A stretch of DNA of 64,000 bases from Piromyces finnis finn (Eukaryota; Fungi; Neocallimastigomycota), in assembly GCA_002104945.1 (NCBI GenBank), contig MCFH01000042.1:62001-126000 (forward strand), read 5' to 3'. This document shows positions 13,023-30,660 of this stretch, piece after piece. Both the position numbers and the translations under genes were made by a program. How positions within the stretch are numbered: position 1 is the first letter of the stretch; each line of letters opens with the position of its first letter. Under the pieces are notes generated by a model that was not told the DNA's origin, did no database searches, and was given only the letters and a program-made list of their open reading frames with translations.

Positions 13023-13551
13023 ATGAAAAAGTTGGTTTTTTTATTGTTGCTCAATTTAACTTTTACAATAAATGGTATCTTTTCAGAATTTGTCGAGGAT
13101 TGTCGTATTGTAAATAAATTGTTGGGAGAATCTGACAATTACGATTGTTGCACTCATGGTAGAATTAATTGTAAAAATGGTTTCGTAACTGATATGTAAT
13201 ATAATAAAAAAGTTAACTTTTTTTTTTTTATTTCTACTTAATAATATAAAGAAATATTCTTTTACAAATATATATATATTTATTTTTTAAACAAAATTAA
13301 AAATATTCATTACTATTCTTTTTATTTTCATTAAAAAAAAAAAAAAAGAATGATATCTGATAATAAAAAGTCAAGTGGTTTTATTCCACCAGAAATTGGC
13401 AATTTATCAAAATTGGAATGGCTGTAAAGAATTGATAATTATTATCATTATTATTATTTTTAAATTGTATTCTAATAATCAAATTTTTAAAATTTTCTTA
13501 ATATAATTAAAAATATTCATTCATTACTTTTTTTTTTATTATTTTATCTCT

Positions 13552-13614
<63 letters not shown>

Positions 13615-15491
13615 AATCTCTCTAATAATAATTTAAGTGGTTCCATTCCGCCAGAACTTGGAAATTTATCAAATTTAAAAGTTTTGTAATAAACAAATAA
13701 ACAAATTTATAAAATTATTATTTTTAAATTGTATTTTTTTTTTTAATTTTCTTTAATATAATTAAAAATATTCATTCATTACTATTCTTTTTATTTATTT
13801 TTTCTTAAAAAAAAAAAAAAAGAAAGCTCTCCGCAAATAATTTAAGTGGTTCTATTCCACCTGAACTTGGAAAATTAACAAATTTAATAGATTTGTAAGG
13901 AATTGATAATTATTATTATTATTGTTTTTAAATTGTATTCTAATAATCTAATTTTTAATTTTTTAAAATAATTAAAAATATTCATTACTTTTCTTTTTAT
14001 TTATTTATTTTTTCTTAAAAAAAAAAAGATACCTCGATAAAAATAATTTAAGTGGTTCCATTCCACCAGAAATTGGCAATTTATCAAATTTATTTTATAT
14101 GTAAAGAATTGATATTATTATTATTATTTTAATTATATTCTAATTTTTTAATTCTTTAAATATAATATAATTAAAAAATATTCATTACTATTCTTTTTAT
14201 TTTTTCTTTTCTTAAAAAAAAAAAGATATCTCAGTAATAATAACTTTAGTGGTTTTATTCCACCTGAATTTGGAAAATTAACAAATTTGAAAGAATTGTA
14301 AAGAATTGATAACTATTATTATTATAATTATTTTTAAATTGTATTCTAATCTAATTTTTAATTTTTTTTTTTTTTTTTTTTTAATATAATTAAAAATATT
14401 CATTCATTACTGTTCCTTTTATTTATTTATTTTTTCTTAAAAAAAAGATACTTCGATAATAATAATTTAAGTGGTTCCATTCCATCTGAACTTGGAAAAT
14501 TAACAAACTTGAATAATTTGTAATAATTAAATTTATAAAATATTTTATATATAAAGTTTTTATGCTTTTATATTTATTTTTTTTTGTATATAAAATCACT
14601 CATGATGCATTAAAAAACAACTAAATTTCAATATTTTTTTTTTTCAACTACAATTATAATTTAAAAAAAAAAAAAAAAAGAAATATTAGTAATAACGGAT
14701 TTAGTGGTTCTATACCTCAAGAAATATTAAATAATGACGCTTTGGAATTGTAAGTACTTTACTTTTTTTGATTATTTTATATTATTTATTACATAATAGT
14801 ATTAAATAGTTTATATTTATAATGTTGTTAAAACATTCATTTTCATTCAAATATTTATTATTTAATATAATATAGTATTTATGATAATTATAATGATAGA
14901 AACAAACAAGTTGTAGAAAAAGAGGAAAAGAATGATTTAAACAAAGATAATGATATAAATAAAGATGATAAACCAAATAAGGAAACTGATGAAAATAAAA
15001 GTAATGATTTAAATAAAGAGGCTAAATCCAATAGAGGCGGTTTTTCATCTCTAATAATAGGCATTGTGTTTGGAATAATTAGTATTGTTTTGTCCATACT
15101 ATTATTCCTAGTTTTAAGAAAAAATAAAAATTTAAAAAAGAAAAATAATGAAAACAATAGTTTTTCTATTTTAAATAATGTTCACATTGACCCACCTTCA
15201 ATTTCTGGAAATGCAGAAAGTACAACTAATCCTCCTGATATAGCTTTTACTCCGCTTCATTCCTCTAAAAATAAATTTACTAATATTACTACTACTGATA
15301 TTGATAATGATAATATTAATAATAATAATAGCAATAATAATGATAGTTATGATAATAGTAATAATGAGAAGTTTTTAAATAATGAAAATAATAATAATAA
15401 TAATAATACTATCAATGGAAGAGAAGATTTACCTCCAAGTTATGAAGACGTATTAAATGAAAATTGTGAAAATAACACTGGTAATATGTAA
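13023..15491 (+). CDS. Single-pass LRR receptor-like membrane protein (plant-type SGxIP LRRs), 430 aa, 9 exons, cytoplasmic PPSY motif
   Basis: Exons 13023-13195 (signal peptide and Cys cap), 13349-13423, 13614-13685, 13823-13894, 14029-14100, 14226-14297, 14448-14519, 14681-14749 and 14876-15491. All introns are phase 2. Each internal exon is one LxxNxLSGSIPPELGxLxNL repeat. The last exon encodes a stalk, TM LIIGIVFGIISIVLSILLFLVL, RKNK and DLPPSYEDVL. Confidence 0.9.
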
Positions 15492-16629
15492 GGCTTCAAT
15501 CTCTAATTAAAATTTAAAAAATGAAGAAAATAAAAAATCACTTCATTCCTTAAGAAAATAAAAAAAAAAAAAAAAGTAATTTTCAAATTTTGATTATTAT
15601 GATTAATCAAAAATTGAAAAATAAAAAATAGAAAAAATAAATAAATAAATAGAAGAAGTCTATTCTCTTCCTAGTCTAATAAAAAATAGAACGTACACAT
15701 TGAAAGTATGTGATGACAATGAGGTCATTAAATTCCATTGGAGAAAAGGGTATACTTCCAAGTTATGAAGATGTTTTAAATGAAGATGGAAAGCATAACA
15801 CAAAAATATTTTTACAGTCTGACGATACGATAAATTCAAAATTCAAATGATAAAAAATAAAGAACCGCTTCATTCATTTAACTTTTAAATATTATGATGA
15901 ATCAAGAAGTAAGAAAGAAAAAAAAAATAGAAAAAATACTTTGAAAGTATAAAAACAATAATAATAACTGCATAGTAAAATAATAAAAAAGAAAGAAAAT
16001 AAAAAGAAATAAAAAGAAACAATAAAAAAGGTGATATAATAAAACAAAAACAAATAAAACAAAAATAAAAATATAAATATAAAAAAAATACTTTAACTTT
16101 ATAAATTGAAAGATCTTTTATTATTATAGTTCTGTTTTATTTTTTTTATTTTCAATATTAAAATAAAAACTAGTATCTTTATATTTTTTTAATAGAAAAA
16201 AAAAATTTCAATATTGTTGTATTTTAATGGTTTTAAAGAGTTTATAAAATCACACAGTGGATACACCTTTTTATTTATTTTAAAATGAAATATTGAAAAA
16301 ATAAATCTTTTTTTATAACAAAAAATTATATTATATTTATTTATGATTTGAATGGGCTTTTTTTTATTTTTTGAAAAAACAACTACAGGATATAATAAAA
16401 GTAATTATGAAAAAGATAGTATAAATATAGTATATGGATAGGTAGTTTCATCATTCAAATGATTCTATCTAACTTTATAATATGTTGCAATATTCATTAT
16501 ACAATACTCATTTTTATAAAGTTTTCATTTTCATCTTTTTCATGAATTTAAATCAATCCTCAATCTCATAACTATAACTTTTTTTAAAATCATACACACA
16601 CACAAAACATTATTTATATAAAATAAAAA

Positions 16630-16750
16630 TAATAATAATTAGAGTAATAATAATAATTAGAGTAATAGTAATAATTAGAATAATAATAATAATAATTAGA
16701 ATAATAATAATAATAATAATAATAGATAATAATAATAATAATTAGAGTAA
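16630..16750. repeat. Interrupted (AAT)n / AATAATTAGAGT low-complexity repeat
   Basis: Units such as aataataataattagagt recur directly in the sequence. Confidence 0.8.
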
Positions 16751-17061
16751 ATGTATTATAGCAATAAAAGTCTATTATGTTAAGAAGAAAGACATTAGCA
16801 TGTAAAAGTTTCTAATAATAAAATTTTTTTATTATATTGCCTAATATCTATATAATTTGATATTTAATAGTTGATATTAAATTAGTTCAAGAAATATCAC
16901 TTTTAAATGAAATCTACATTTTTATAAATAAATAACAATATATATTATTAAACTAATAATTTGTAAAAATTAATATTTAAAGTTAATGTTACAAGAAATA
17001 ATATATTTATAAATTAATTTTTTATGTGTAATAATTAAAAATATATTATTTCTTGTAACAT

Positions 17062-17252
17062 TGTACTTTAAATATTAATTTATAAATAGGTTTATTAATA
17101 AGGTTAACAAAGAGAAAAAGATATATAGTGAGATGCTAGTCATATGATCTATGAAATAACTGTCTTTAAAACATTTTTACATGTTTATGTTTTATTAACT
17201 AATCACATGTATTCATAAATGTATGGTATGGGTAAATAAAAATATATGTTCA
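17062..17252 (-). mobile_element. Degenerate solo-LTR relic of the copia family at 60110-60380
   Basis: A 29-nt block tttattaataaggttaacaaagagaaaaa is identical at 17091-17119 and 60138-60166. It is followed in the same order by gagatg..gtcat.tga, the identical 17-mer tacatgtttatgtttta, and a terminal atgttca. Ends are approximate. Confidence 0.75.
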
Positions 17253-18479
17253 AAATACTATATATAATTATTCAAGATACCTTATATTTCTATATAATAA
17301 AATTCCTATATAACCATTTATTATTGTGAATTTAAATATTAGTAGTTTTTTACTACAAAATACTTAAATATCATAATATTTAATGAATTTATTACACTTT
17401 TATGAACTATTATATATTATTGTTATGATTTAATAATTTCTTTTTATTGGTTCTTTAGATTATCAATATATTAATATATTTTGGTAAAAAATTAATTATA
17501 AAGTATTAATAAGTAATGGTTTTATTAAATAGATAAATATTATATAATTAAATAAATTTAAAAATACTTGAGAACAAAACTTTACTCTCTTAATGAATAT
17601 ACCTTTTATAAAGGTGAATTCTATTTTTAAAAAATAAACAATGAATTCAACTCTTATTTAATATTAATGATTTTATATTTCTTTTATTAATAGTTTTACT
17701 ATCCTATTAATTTTTTTGGAATAGTGTTTAGATAATAAATTGAAGTGAATAATTTTTTTCCACATCCTTAATATAGTAATATTATTTATTCATTTATCAT
17801 TATTACCTTTTTATTAAAAAAGGTAAAACATATTTCATTTACATCATTTATATTGTTAATCTTATTTTTTTAATACTTCTTGTTTCATTTATATTGTTAA
17901 TATTTCTTGGTTAAATTAAATTAAAATAGCTTACTAATAATAGAATATTTAATATATCTAATTTAAGCATTAATATTTAATATATATCATCTATACATAT
18001 TTTATAACTATTAATTACATATTTTATAATTACTATAAAAAAAGTATTTCATCAATGTAGAAAATGTAAATCCTCTTTAATAGAATATAAACCTTTAATA
18101 TATGAATACTAAAAACATTAAACTTGATTTTTTCTCAAAAAATAAAAAAATCCATTAAATTTTTAATACAAAAAATTAATATTTTATTTCTTTATATGTG
18201 CATAAAATAAAATTTTTAAAATAAAGATTTTTTTAAATAGATAACTTTAAAAAATAAAATTGAATTATTGTGAAATTCACTTTCTACATTTCTTTATAAA
18301 TGGATTAAACATATTAAATAAATATTTTTTTCATTATATATATATATATATATATTTTATAAAAAAAATTAATTATAAATATATTGTGATATTTTATATA
18401 TTTTATAATACTATAATTGTAGAAAGGATATGTAAAATAGTTTATATTTTGTTATAAAAATAAAAATTATTAAAAATAT

Positions 18480-20255
<1,776 letters not shown>

Positions 20256-21700
20256 CTTTTAATATAAAAAATTAAGTTTATTAATTAATTTGAAATATGA
20301 ATTATATATAACAAATGTTTAATTGATAATTTTCTTTTTTTTAAATTAATACTTTAAATATATGTTTCCTTATTATTTACTATTTTATTATAAAAATATG
20401 TTTATGTGTGTAAATAAATTATTCAAAAGTTGTAAAACTTTTATTAATACAATATAAATTGTCTTTTTTTTTAAATTCATAATTCCATATATTAGGTTTA
20501 AAATGAATAATACATTTTTACTTTCTTTTTTCCATATTACCAATGTATATTTAATTATTATAAATAAAATCACTTATATTTGATATCTTTATAAAAATAT
20601 TATATTATTAAAAATACCTTTTTTAACTTAATGAATTAATAGGTTTGAAAAATTAAAAGATCTCTCTTTTTTTTTTTTTAAGTTTAAGTATAAAAATTTT
20701 TTTTTTTTTTTTTTTTTTTTGAAAAAAATTAATTTAAATATAATAAACTTAAAAATAATAAAATCTCTTCTATTAAATTTTTTACTTTTTTTTCTAATTA
20801 TTATATTTGATTTATTTATTATATTTTGATTAATTAAATATTTAATTTTATTCATTAATTAAATACATCATACAAAATATATTATTATATAAGTAAACAT
20901 GATTGGTTGATTTTAAAGTTTGTATTTTGTAGTATTTCAATTAATTAGAAAACATAACAAGGCTACATCTCTTGTAATAACTTTAATGATATATTGATGT
21001 ATTGAAAAAAAAAAAAAAAAAAAAAAAAAAAAGAAATATTATATATTATATAATAAATACATTTTCAATTATTATGTTATTTTACTTACAAGATCATATC
21101 TTAATACTTCTTCTAATAAAATTATTTTTAATTATTCGTAGAAAAAATTTATGGATATTTCACTTTTATACTCTATTATTTAAATTTTTTTATATTTATT
21201 TTATAATTTTTACAGTTAAAATGTTTCCAATAAATGGTAGTTAGTTAAATTGCGTATAATATACATATATATAATTTATTCTGTTTTAAAATCAAAATAT
21301 TTGTTCATTAAAAAGAAATATAGCATTGGTTTAAAAAATAAGCTCTGATTATTAAAAAAAAAAATTATAGTTTTTTATTTATTTTTTTTATATAGTATTA
21401 TAATATGTTATATGTTACAATTGTATTTGATGTAATATTATTACGGATAAAATTAATTTTAAATATTACTTTTATAAATTATAATATATTTCCGATGATC
21501 AATGTTTAAATAATAAGATTTTTTAATGTGCCTTTAAAAAGGACGACTTCTTATATGAATATGAATAAAAAGAGATATGGTGTTTTCTATAATTGTTATA
21601 AAAATTTGATACTTGCATTTTATATCGAATTTTTCTTCTGATTATATGGCCATAGCAAGTAATGTATCAATGTCAATATAAAAATTAATATATATTTATG

Positions 21701-24583
<2,883 letters not shown>

Positions 24584-24768
24584 ATGGTTTAAAAAATTTA
24601 AAAACAATAATTATAATATACAATTTTTCTTTTTTCATCTATTTATGTTTTTTATGATATACTACAAATGTAATGGTTGATATTTATAAATTCTATGAAA
24701 TGAAAAATTAAAATAGGTTTTAACTATCACAGCTATACCAATTTAATTATAAAAAAAATCATTCATCT

Positions 24769-26118
24769 TTATGATTTTGTTGATAAAATCCAGTCAAGAC
24801 CATCATATAACCTATTATTATTATTTTAATAATATATATAAAAAGCATTAATATTAATATTATATTATGAAAAAGATTATAAATAAAAGAATTTAATTAT
24901 AACAGTTAACAATATTAAATAAAAAAAAATATATATATTAAAATCACAATATCACAATTATTACCCATCACCAGTTAACGCACAACATGATTGAATATGC
25001 CAGTTTCTATCTTTAACAGATGTTAAATTTAATTTTTCCGTTATTTCTGCTGCAGATAATGCACCTTTACAATCCTGTTTATTTGCAAAAATTAGTATTG
25101 AAGCATCTTGTAATATCTCTGATTGGAATATTTTGTTCATTTCTTCTGATACGATATTCAATCTCTCAACATCTGTACTATCTATTACCATAATTAAAGC
25201 CTATTGGGAAATTAAGAATTTTATATAATTATTTAAACATTACACCTTCATATGATTCAAAATTTAATTTTATAATTGACTTAGTTTTGAATAAAGCCTT
25301 ACCTTTGCGTTAGTATAATAAGTAACCCAAGATGTTCTTAAGCTTTCTTGACCTCCTATATCCCACATTACCATTCTATTTAATAAATAATAAATTATTT
25401 AATTATTATTAGTACTGTTATTGTTATTGCCATTATTTATTCCATATACAAACTATTAATTTTTTTTATTTATTTTTTAAAAATAAACAAGATATATCTC
25501 AATATATTAAAGGTATAAAAATTATTAATATTTTTAATATTAATTCTATATAATATATTTCAATTATGTATTATCTTTTAAAAATGTATTTTTCCTTTTT
25601 ATATAATTATTCTCTATTATTAATAGAAAACTATTATTTTTTTTTTTTTTTTTTTTTGAAATTTAATTTAGTTTAAAATTTCAATTCAAAATTCAAGCAA
25701 GAAATTTTAATTTTTTAGCTATTTCAAATAAAAATAATATATAAACGAAAAAGAAACTTACTTCATATTTTTATATGTAATTTCCTTTTTTAAATTAGAA
25801 TATATGTATTAAATAAAATATAATTAACATAACATTCAATAATTAAAAGTGATTATATATAATTACTTCAACATTAGAACCAATGGTTGGAGTTGTAACA
25901 ACAGCTTCATTTAACAATCTATTATATATGTATATCATTATTATTGTTGTTGTTACATATTACTTATCATTTCTATTTTAACATTATATATATATAATTT
26001 TAAATTACAATTTATATACAATAGTAGTTTTTCCTGCATTATCAAGACCAACAATAACAATTTTAAAGTCCTCTTTTGACAAAAATATTGATAGTAATTT
26101 TGAAAATAAAGCACCCAT
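24769..26118 (-). CDS. ARL5: ARF-like small GTPase Arl5, 6 exons
   Basis: MGALFSK myristoylation start, [31 protein letters not shown] and [14 protein letters not shown]. Exons 26118-26009, 25918-25867, 25784-25762, 25375-25303, 25200-24965 and 24811-24769. The [16 protein letters not shown] and CCALTG motifs are typical of Arl5. Confidence 0.9.
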
Positions 26119-27306
26119 TTTTTTTTATTTATTATTATTATTCTTTTACTTATTTAATATTATTATTACTATTATTGCTGTCTTATTTTAGATTTTAATA
26201 TATATATTACTTTATTCGAAACTATTAAAAATTGTTTGTTTCTATTTTTTATTTATATATGTAAATTTCTGTTTTTAAAATTGGTATAAAATAATTTTTT
26301 TATTATTGTTATTATTGAAAAAATTGTAAAGACTTTTTATAAAGATACTACTGAAAAAAAAAAAAAAAAAAAAAAAAAACTCTTTAAATAATATTCTTTT
26401 AAAAGCTTAATGTTTTTAAGTACAAATTTAATAAAGTAAAAGTAAAATAATTAATATAGGCCGCCGCTTTATCTATTTTTATATAAATTAAAACAATTCA
26501 ATAATACAATAAAAAAAAAAGCAAAACAAAAAATTTAAATTACCAACTTTTTTTTTTCATTTTTATGAAATAAAAATTAATTTTTATATTGAAATGTAAT
26601 ACAATGTAATATATAAAAATAATATAATATAAATATATTAAATTTAATTAATCTAAAATTAAAAAAATCATTTTTTTTTTCTTTTTTTTTATTTCTTTAT
26701 AAACAATTGCTATCTCCCTCTCCCCTTTATTTTAAAGACAAAATTCCCAAAAAAAGAGTAAATTAACTATTAGACAATAACAATTTCATATTGACTCTTA
26801 ATTCTCTGGTTCCTTATCAAAATTCAGACAATTAAAAATGTGTAACAAATATTTTATATAGTATACTACGTTAGAGTCTATAAAAAATTTCCTTTTATAT
26901 AAATAAAAAATAATAATGAATTGTTCTCCTTTCTATTCAAATTTAAATAGAATAGAAACTAATTAGGCAACATTAAAAATAATGATATACAAATAATTAT
27001 TTAATAATGACTTTAAACATTAATCCCTCAATAAATTCTATGATATCGAAATGTCCACCATAAATCGCTTAATAATCTTTATGTTTTATATGAATTCCTG
27101 ATAATATTTTTTACTGTATTTTTTTTGTTATTACTATTATTATTATTTATTAGTAGCTCGATTTCATATTTAAATAAATAAAAAATAAATAAATAATTTA
27201 AGAATATATAAAAAAAAAAATATAAATGTTATGATTATAAAAATAATATAGTTATCTTGAAATATTAAGAAAATATATGATGAAAATTATTAAATATTAT
27301 ATAGGT

Positions 27307-30300
27307 TTAAAAGAAATCTATCGCTTTAGTACGCTTTTGACCTTTACGACCTTTTGATGCTATAAAAAATATAGAATAATAATAATAATAATACATTTAG
27401 TTTTTTACTATTGCTTTTTTAAAATATACAAATATAAATGATAGGGGGGAATTACTTACGATTATATGTAGTAGTTGGAGTTACTAATGCTTCTATTTTT
27501 ATTTTTTCAGGTATTTTTTCTGAAGTAGAGTTAGAGGTAGAAGAAATGAGAGTAGAATTGGATTTGGTTTTGGTTTTGGTTTTGGTTTTGGTTTTTTTTG
27601 ATTTACTATTACCTAATAAATGAACTTCTCTCAAAATTCTATTGGCGAAGGCTTCCTCTTCTGATATTTCTTTTTTTCCTTTTTTTTTCTTCTTCTGAGT
27701 TTTTTTGGCTTTTTTTATGGTTTTTTCCGAAATTTTTGGAACTGAAATTTCTTTTTTTAAGGATTTTTTGGTTAACTTCGAAGAATTACTAATGATATCA
27801 TCAGAAGTTGAGGAATCTATGGTAGATTTTTTGGTTTTCTTTGTTTTTTTATTAGATGATGGTACCGAGGATATAGAAACAATTGGATTAGATTTTAAAG
27901 GTGAAGATTGTTGAGATGATGATTTTATTATAGTTGATGATTGACTCTTTGAGGTAAGAGAAGTATCTTGTTGATTATTTAATAGGTTATCTTTTTGAGG
28001 AGCCTTTTCTTCTACTACAAAATCTATTTGGCGGCCTTTTTCTTTTGATTTAAGCGTTTTGACTTTCTTAGCTTTATTATTATTTTTAGAGGTAGATTTA
28101 GATTTAGTTTTAGTTTTAGTTTTAGTTTTAGTTTTAGTTTCAGAAGTTACTTCTTTAGATATTTTTTTAGAAGAATTTTTATTATTCGACTTTATATCTA
28201 CCTTTGGTTCTGACTTTGGTTGCTTAGATTCTTCATCAGATTCCTTGATCTCAATTACTTCTTCACTTTCTTGCTTTGGTTCGACCTTAGTCTTGTTTTT
28301 TCCTCTAGTTTTGGCATTTGTAGTTTTCTTAGCAGCAGCAGCCTTTGGAGTAGTCTTCTTTCTCTTCTTTGGTGTTTCAATAACTTCAACATCATCTTCT
28401 TTTTCTTCAATTTCTACTGGTTCAATTGGAGCCTTTCTCTTTTTTTGAGCTTTCTTTTCTTGATTATCGTCATCTTCTTTTTTATTATCATCATTATTAT
28501 TATTGTTATTTTATTATTATATTTAATATATTCATTTCAAAAAAAAATATATTAAAATTTTCATATTTTTATTTATATATAATATAATAATAAATAGTAT
28601 TGTAATATAAAAATATAATATATTATTATAATATTATATAAACATAGGAGTAAAATAAGTATGTATTAATATATATTATGTATAAAAAAATATTCAATAT
28701 ATTATAAATTTTTATAGTCATATAAATAATATTAAATAAATAGAGAGTATATAAATTTATACTATATAAAAAAATAATATTATAAAATTTACCAATATCT
28801 ATTTCAATTGGCTTTTCTTTCTTGTTATTCTTTTTGGCTTTTGTAGCAGCAGCTTTTCCTTTACCTTTACCCTTTGATTTTGGAGTAGTTTTAACTTCTT
28901 CAACTTCATCAATTTCAATAACTTCATTTATTTCTTCAGGATCTTCAGCTTCAGCTATAATTTCATCTTCAACAACTTCTTCATTTTGAAAAACTTTTTG
29001 TGTTTCTGCTAATCCCTTAAATATAACAATTAAACTTTCAATGTGTTCTAAATTCTTCTTTAAAACAAGGGCTTCTCCACTTAACTTTTCTAATCTTTTA
29101 TAAACAGATACAAAATCACATGATTTTATTATATTTGATTCTTCTTCTTCATTTGCATCTTCATTTTCTTTTGTATTTTGAAAATATATTTAACAAAAAA
29201 GTTAAATTACCAAAATGTCTATATATCCATTTATAAAAATTTTGATATCTTTTGATTTATTTTTAGATAAATTTAATTTTTATCATACCATAAATATTAA
29301 CAATTTTTAAGAAAAGTTCATCAATAACTCTTTCAACAAGAATATCATTTGAACAAAAACCAACAACATCTACAAATGGTTCTAAGATTTCAATAAAGAC
29401 TGTAGATGGTATCTATATTAATTATTAGTAATCAAAATAAATTAAACATAAAGAGAAAAGCCATGAAAAAATTAATTATGTCATCTCATCTTGATTTATA
29501 TTAATGATATATTATTTAAATGAATGTAAAAGCATACTGGTTTGCTGATTGCTTTTTCTAATTCTGTAATGAAAACTTCACAGGAATGATATAATAAACT
29601 TGGAGGAACAGTTTGGTCTAATAAACTTTTAAATATTTAATATAAAATGTTTTCATATATAATAATACAATATTTATCTTAATTTTTGAAATCTCTGAAA
29701 ATGTTTTTTTTCTTTTACAACTGGTTTATAACATTAAACGTAATAATTGAATTTTAAAATTGTTTAATTTTTACATGATTAATACCTTAATGGTCCATCG
29801 GTATAAATATCCATATATTTAATAACATAAGTGGTATCCCAATTGACCTTTTCAAGGAATTTAAATGAGTATAAATGCATTTGTCTAAATAAATAATAGA
29901 ATTTATCCAAACTATTTGTTTTTGTTTTTAATAACAATAATAATATTTAATATAAATATATTTGATGTGAAAGAAAAAAAAAATTTAATCAACTTGATTT
30001 AAAATATATATATACTTATACATATCAATATATATTACCGTAATCTATCAACACCGTTCCATTCTAATCTTATTTCTTTCCAGAATGCTTCAATAAATTT
30101 TATAGCAATTTCTTCTGGGATTTTTAAAATTAAAGAAGCTAATTTTTCTGATAATTGTTGTTGAACTAATGGTTTATCAGACATCCAGAAGCCTTTGATT
30201 ATTTTTTCCAATTTATATAAATATATATTTATAATGTGTTTATTTATGTTCATATATAAGAAAATAAAAATGGAAATTTATATTGAAATTTATCAATTAG

Positions 30301-30537
30301 GATTTCAAATTATAAAATCATGCATATTATTTTGTATTAAAAATAATAATAATAAGATAACTACAATAAAATAAGCCCTTCCATAATTTTAATAAATCAA
30401 GTTCTGATAAATCTTTCTTATTAGATAAATATTTTGATAATTTTTTTACAGCTTTATCTCTAACTGACTTGTCTTTATAATAGAATTATTATATAAATAA
30501 ATAAAAACATTTTTAGAGTTAAAAAAAAATAATATTT

Positions 30538-30574
<37 letters not shown>

Positions 30575-30660
30575 AAATATATATAATATAATATAATATA
30601 ATATAATAATTTACCAGCAGAAGCTAATGCTTTTCCGAATGAATTTTTAGCAGAAGACAT
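27307..30660 (-). CDS. RRP1: Ribosomal RNA processing protein Rrp1/Nop52 with long Lys/Glu-rich C-terminal tail
   Basis: Nop52 motifs: ALASA..VRDKA..KL, LWKGL, WMSDKPLVQQQLSEKLASL, FWKEIRLEWNGVDRLRLDKFYYLFR. Further exons to about 28790 and a long open frame about 28510-27468. Final exon reads PSKGRKGQKRTKAIDFF* with stop at 27307. Linkage of the tail to the N-domain is inferred. Confidence 0.85.

Noticed and set aside
13349-14749. Regularly spaced repeats that superficially resemble a CRISPR array
   Set aside because: Eukaryotic context. The conserved units are LRR exons bounded by GT/AG, the spacers are homologous introns, and there are no cas genes.
565-15491. Proximity of a HECT ligase, a U-box protein and a PY-motif receptor as a ubiquitin gene cluster
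   Set aside because: The HECT is UBE3B/C-type with no WW domains recognised, so it would not read PY motifs. Functional clustering is not supported.
17560-17950. Possible decayed ankyrin gene (minus-strand IVKLLIK, INNINDVNE)
   Set aside because: Frames are riddled with stops, and such words arise easily in very AT-rich DNA.
26458-26468. GC-rich GGCCGCCGC upstream of ARL5, similar to the URS1 core GCCGCC
   Set aside because: Single occurrence, an imperfect match, and no evidence for the cognate factor.
27438-28555. Hydrophobic plus-strand ORFs resembling membrane proteins
   Set aside because: Antisense shadows of the Lys/Glu-rich Rrp1 tail. The same applies to shadow ORFs over the HECT, U-box, C2H2, ankyrin, GH10 and pol genes.
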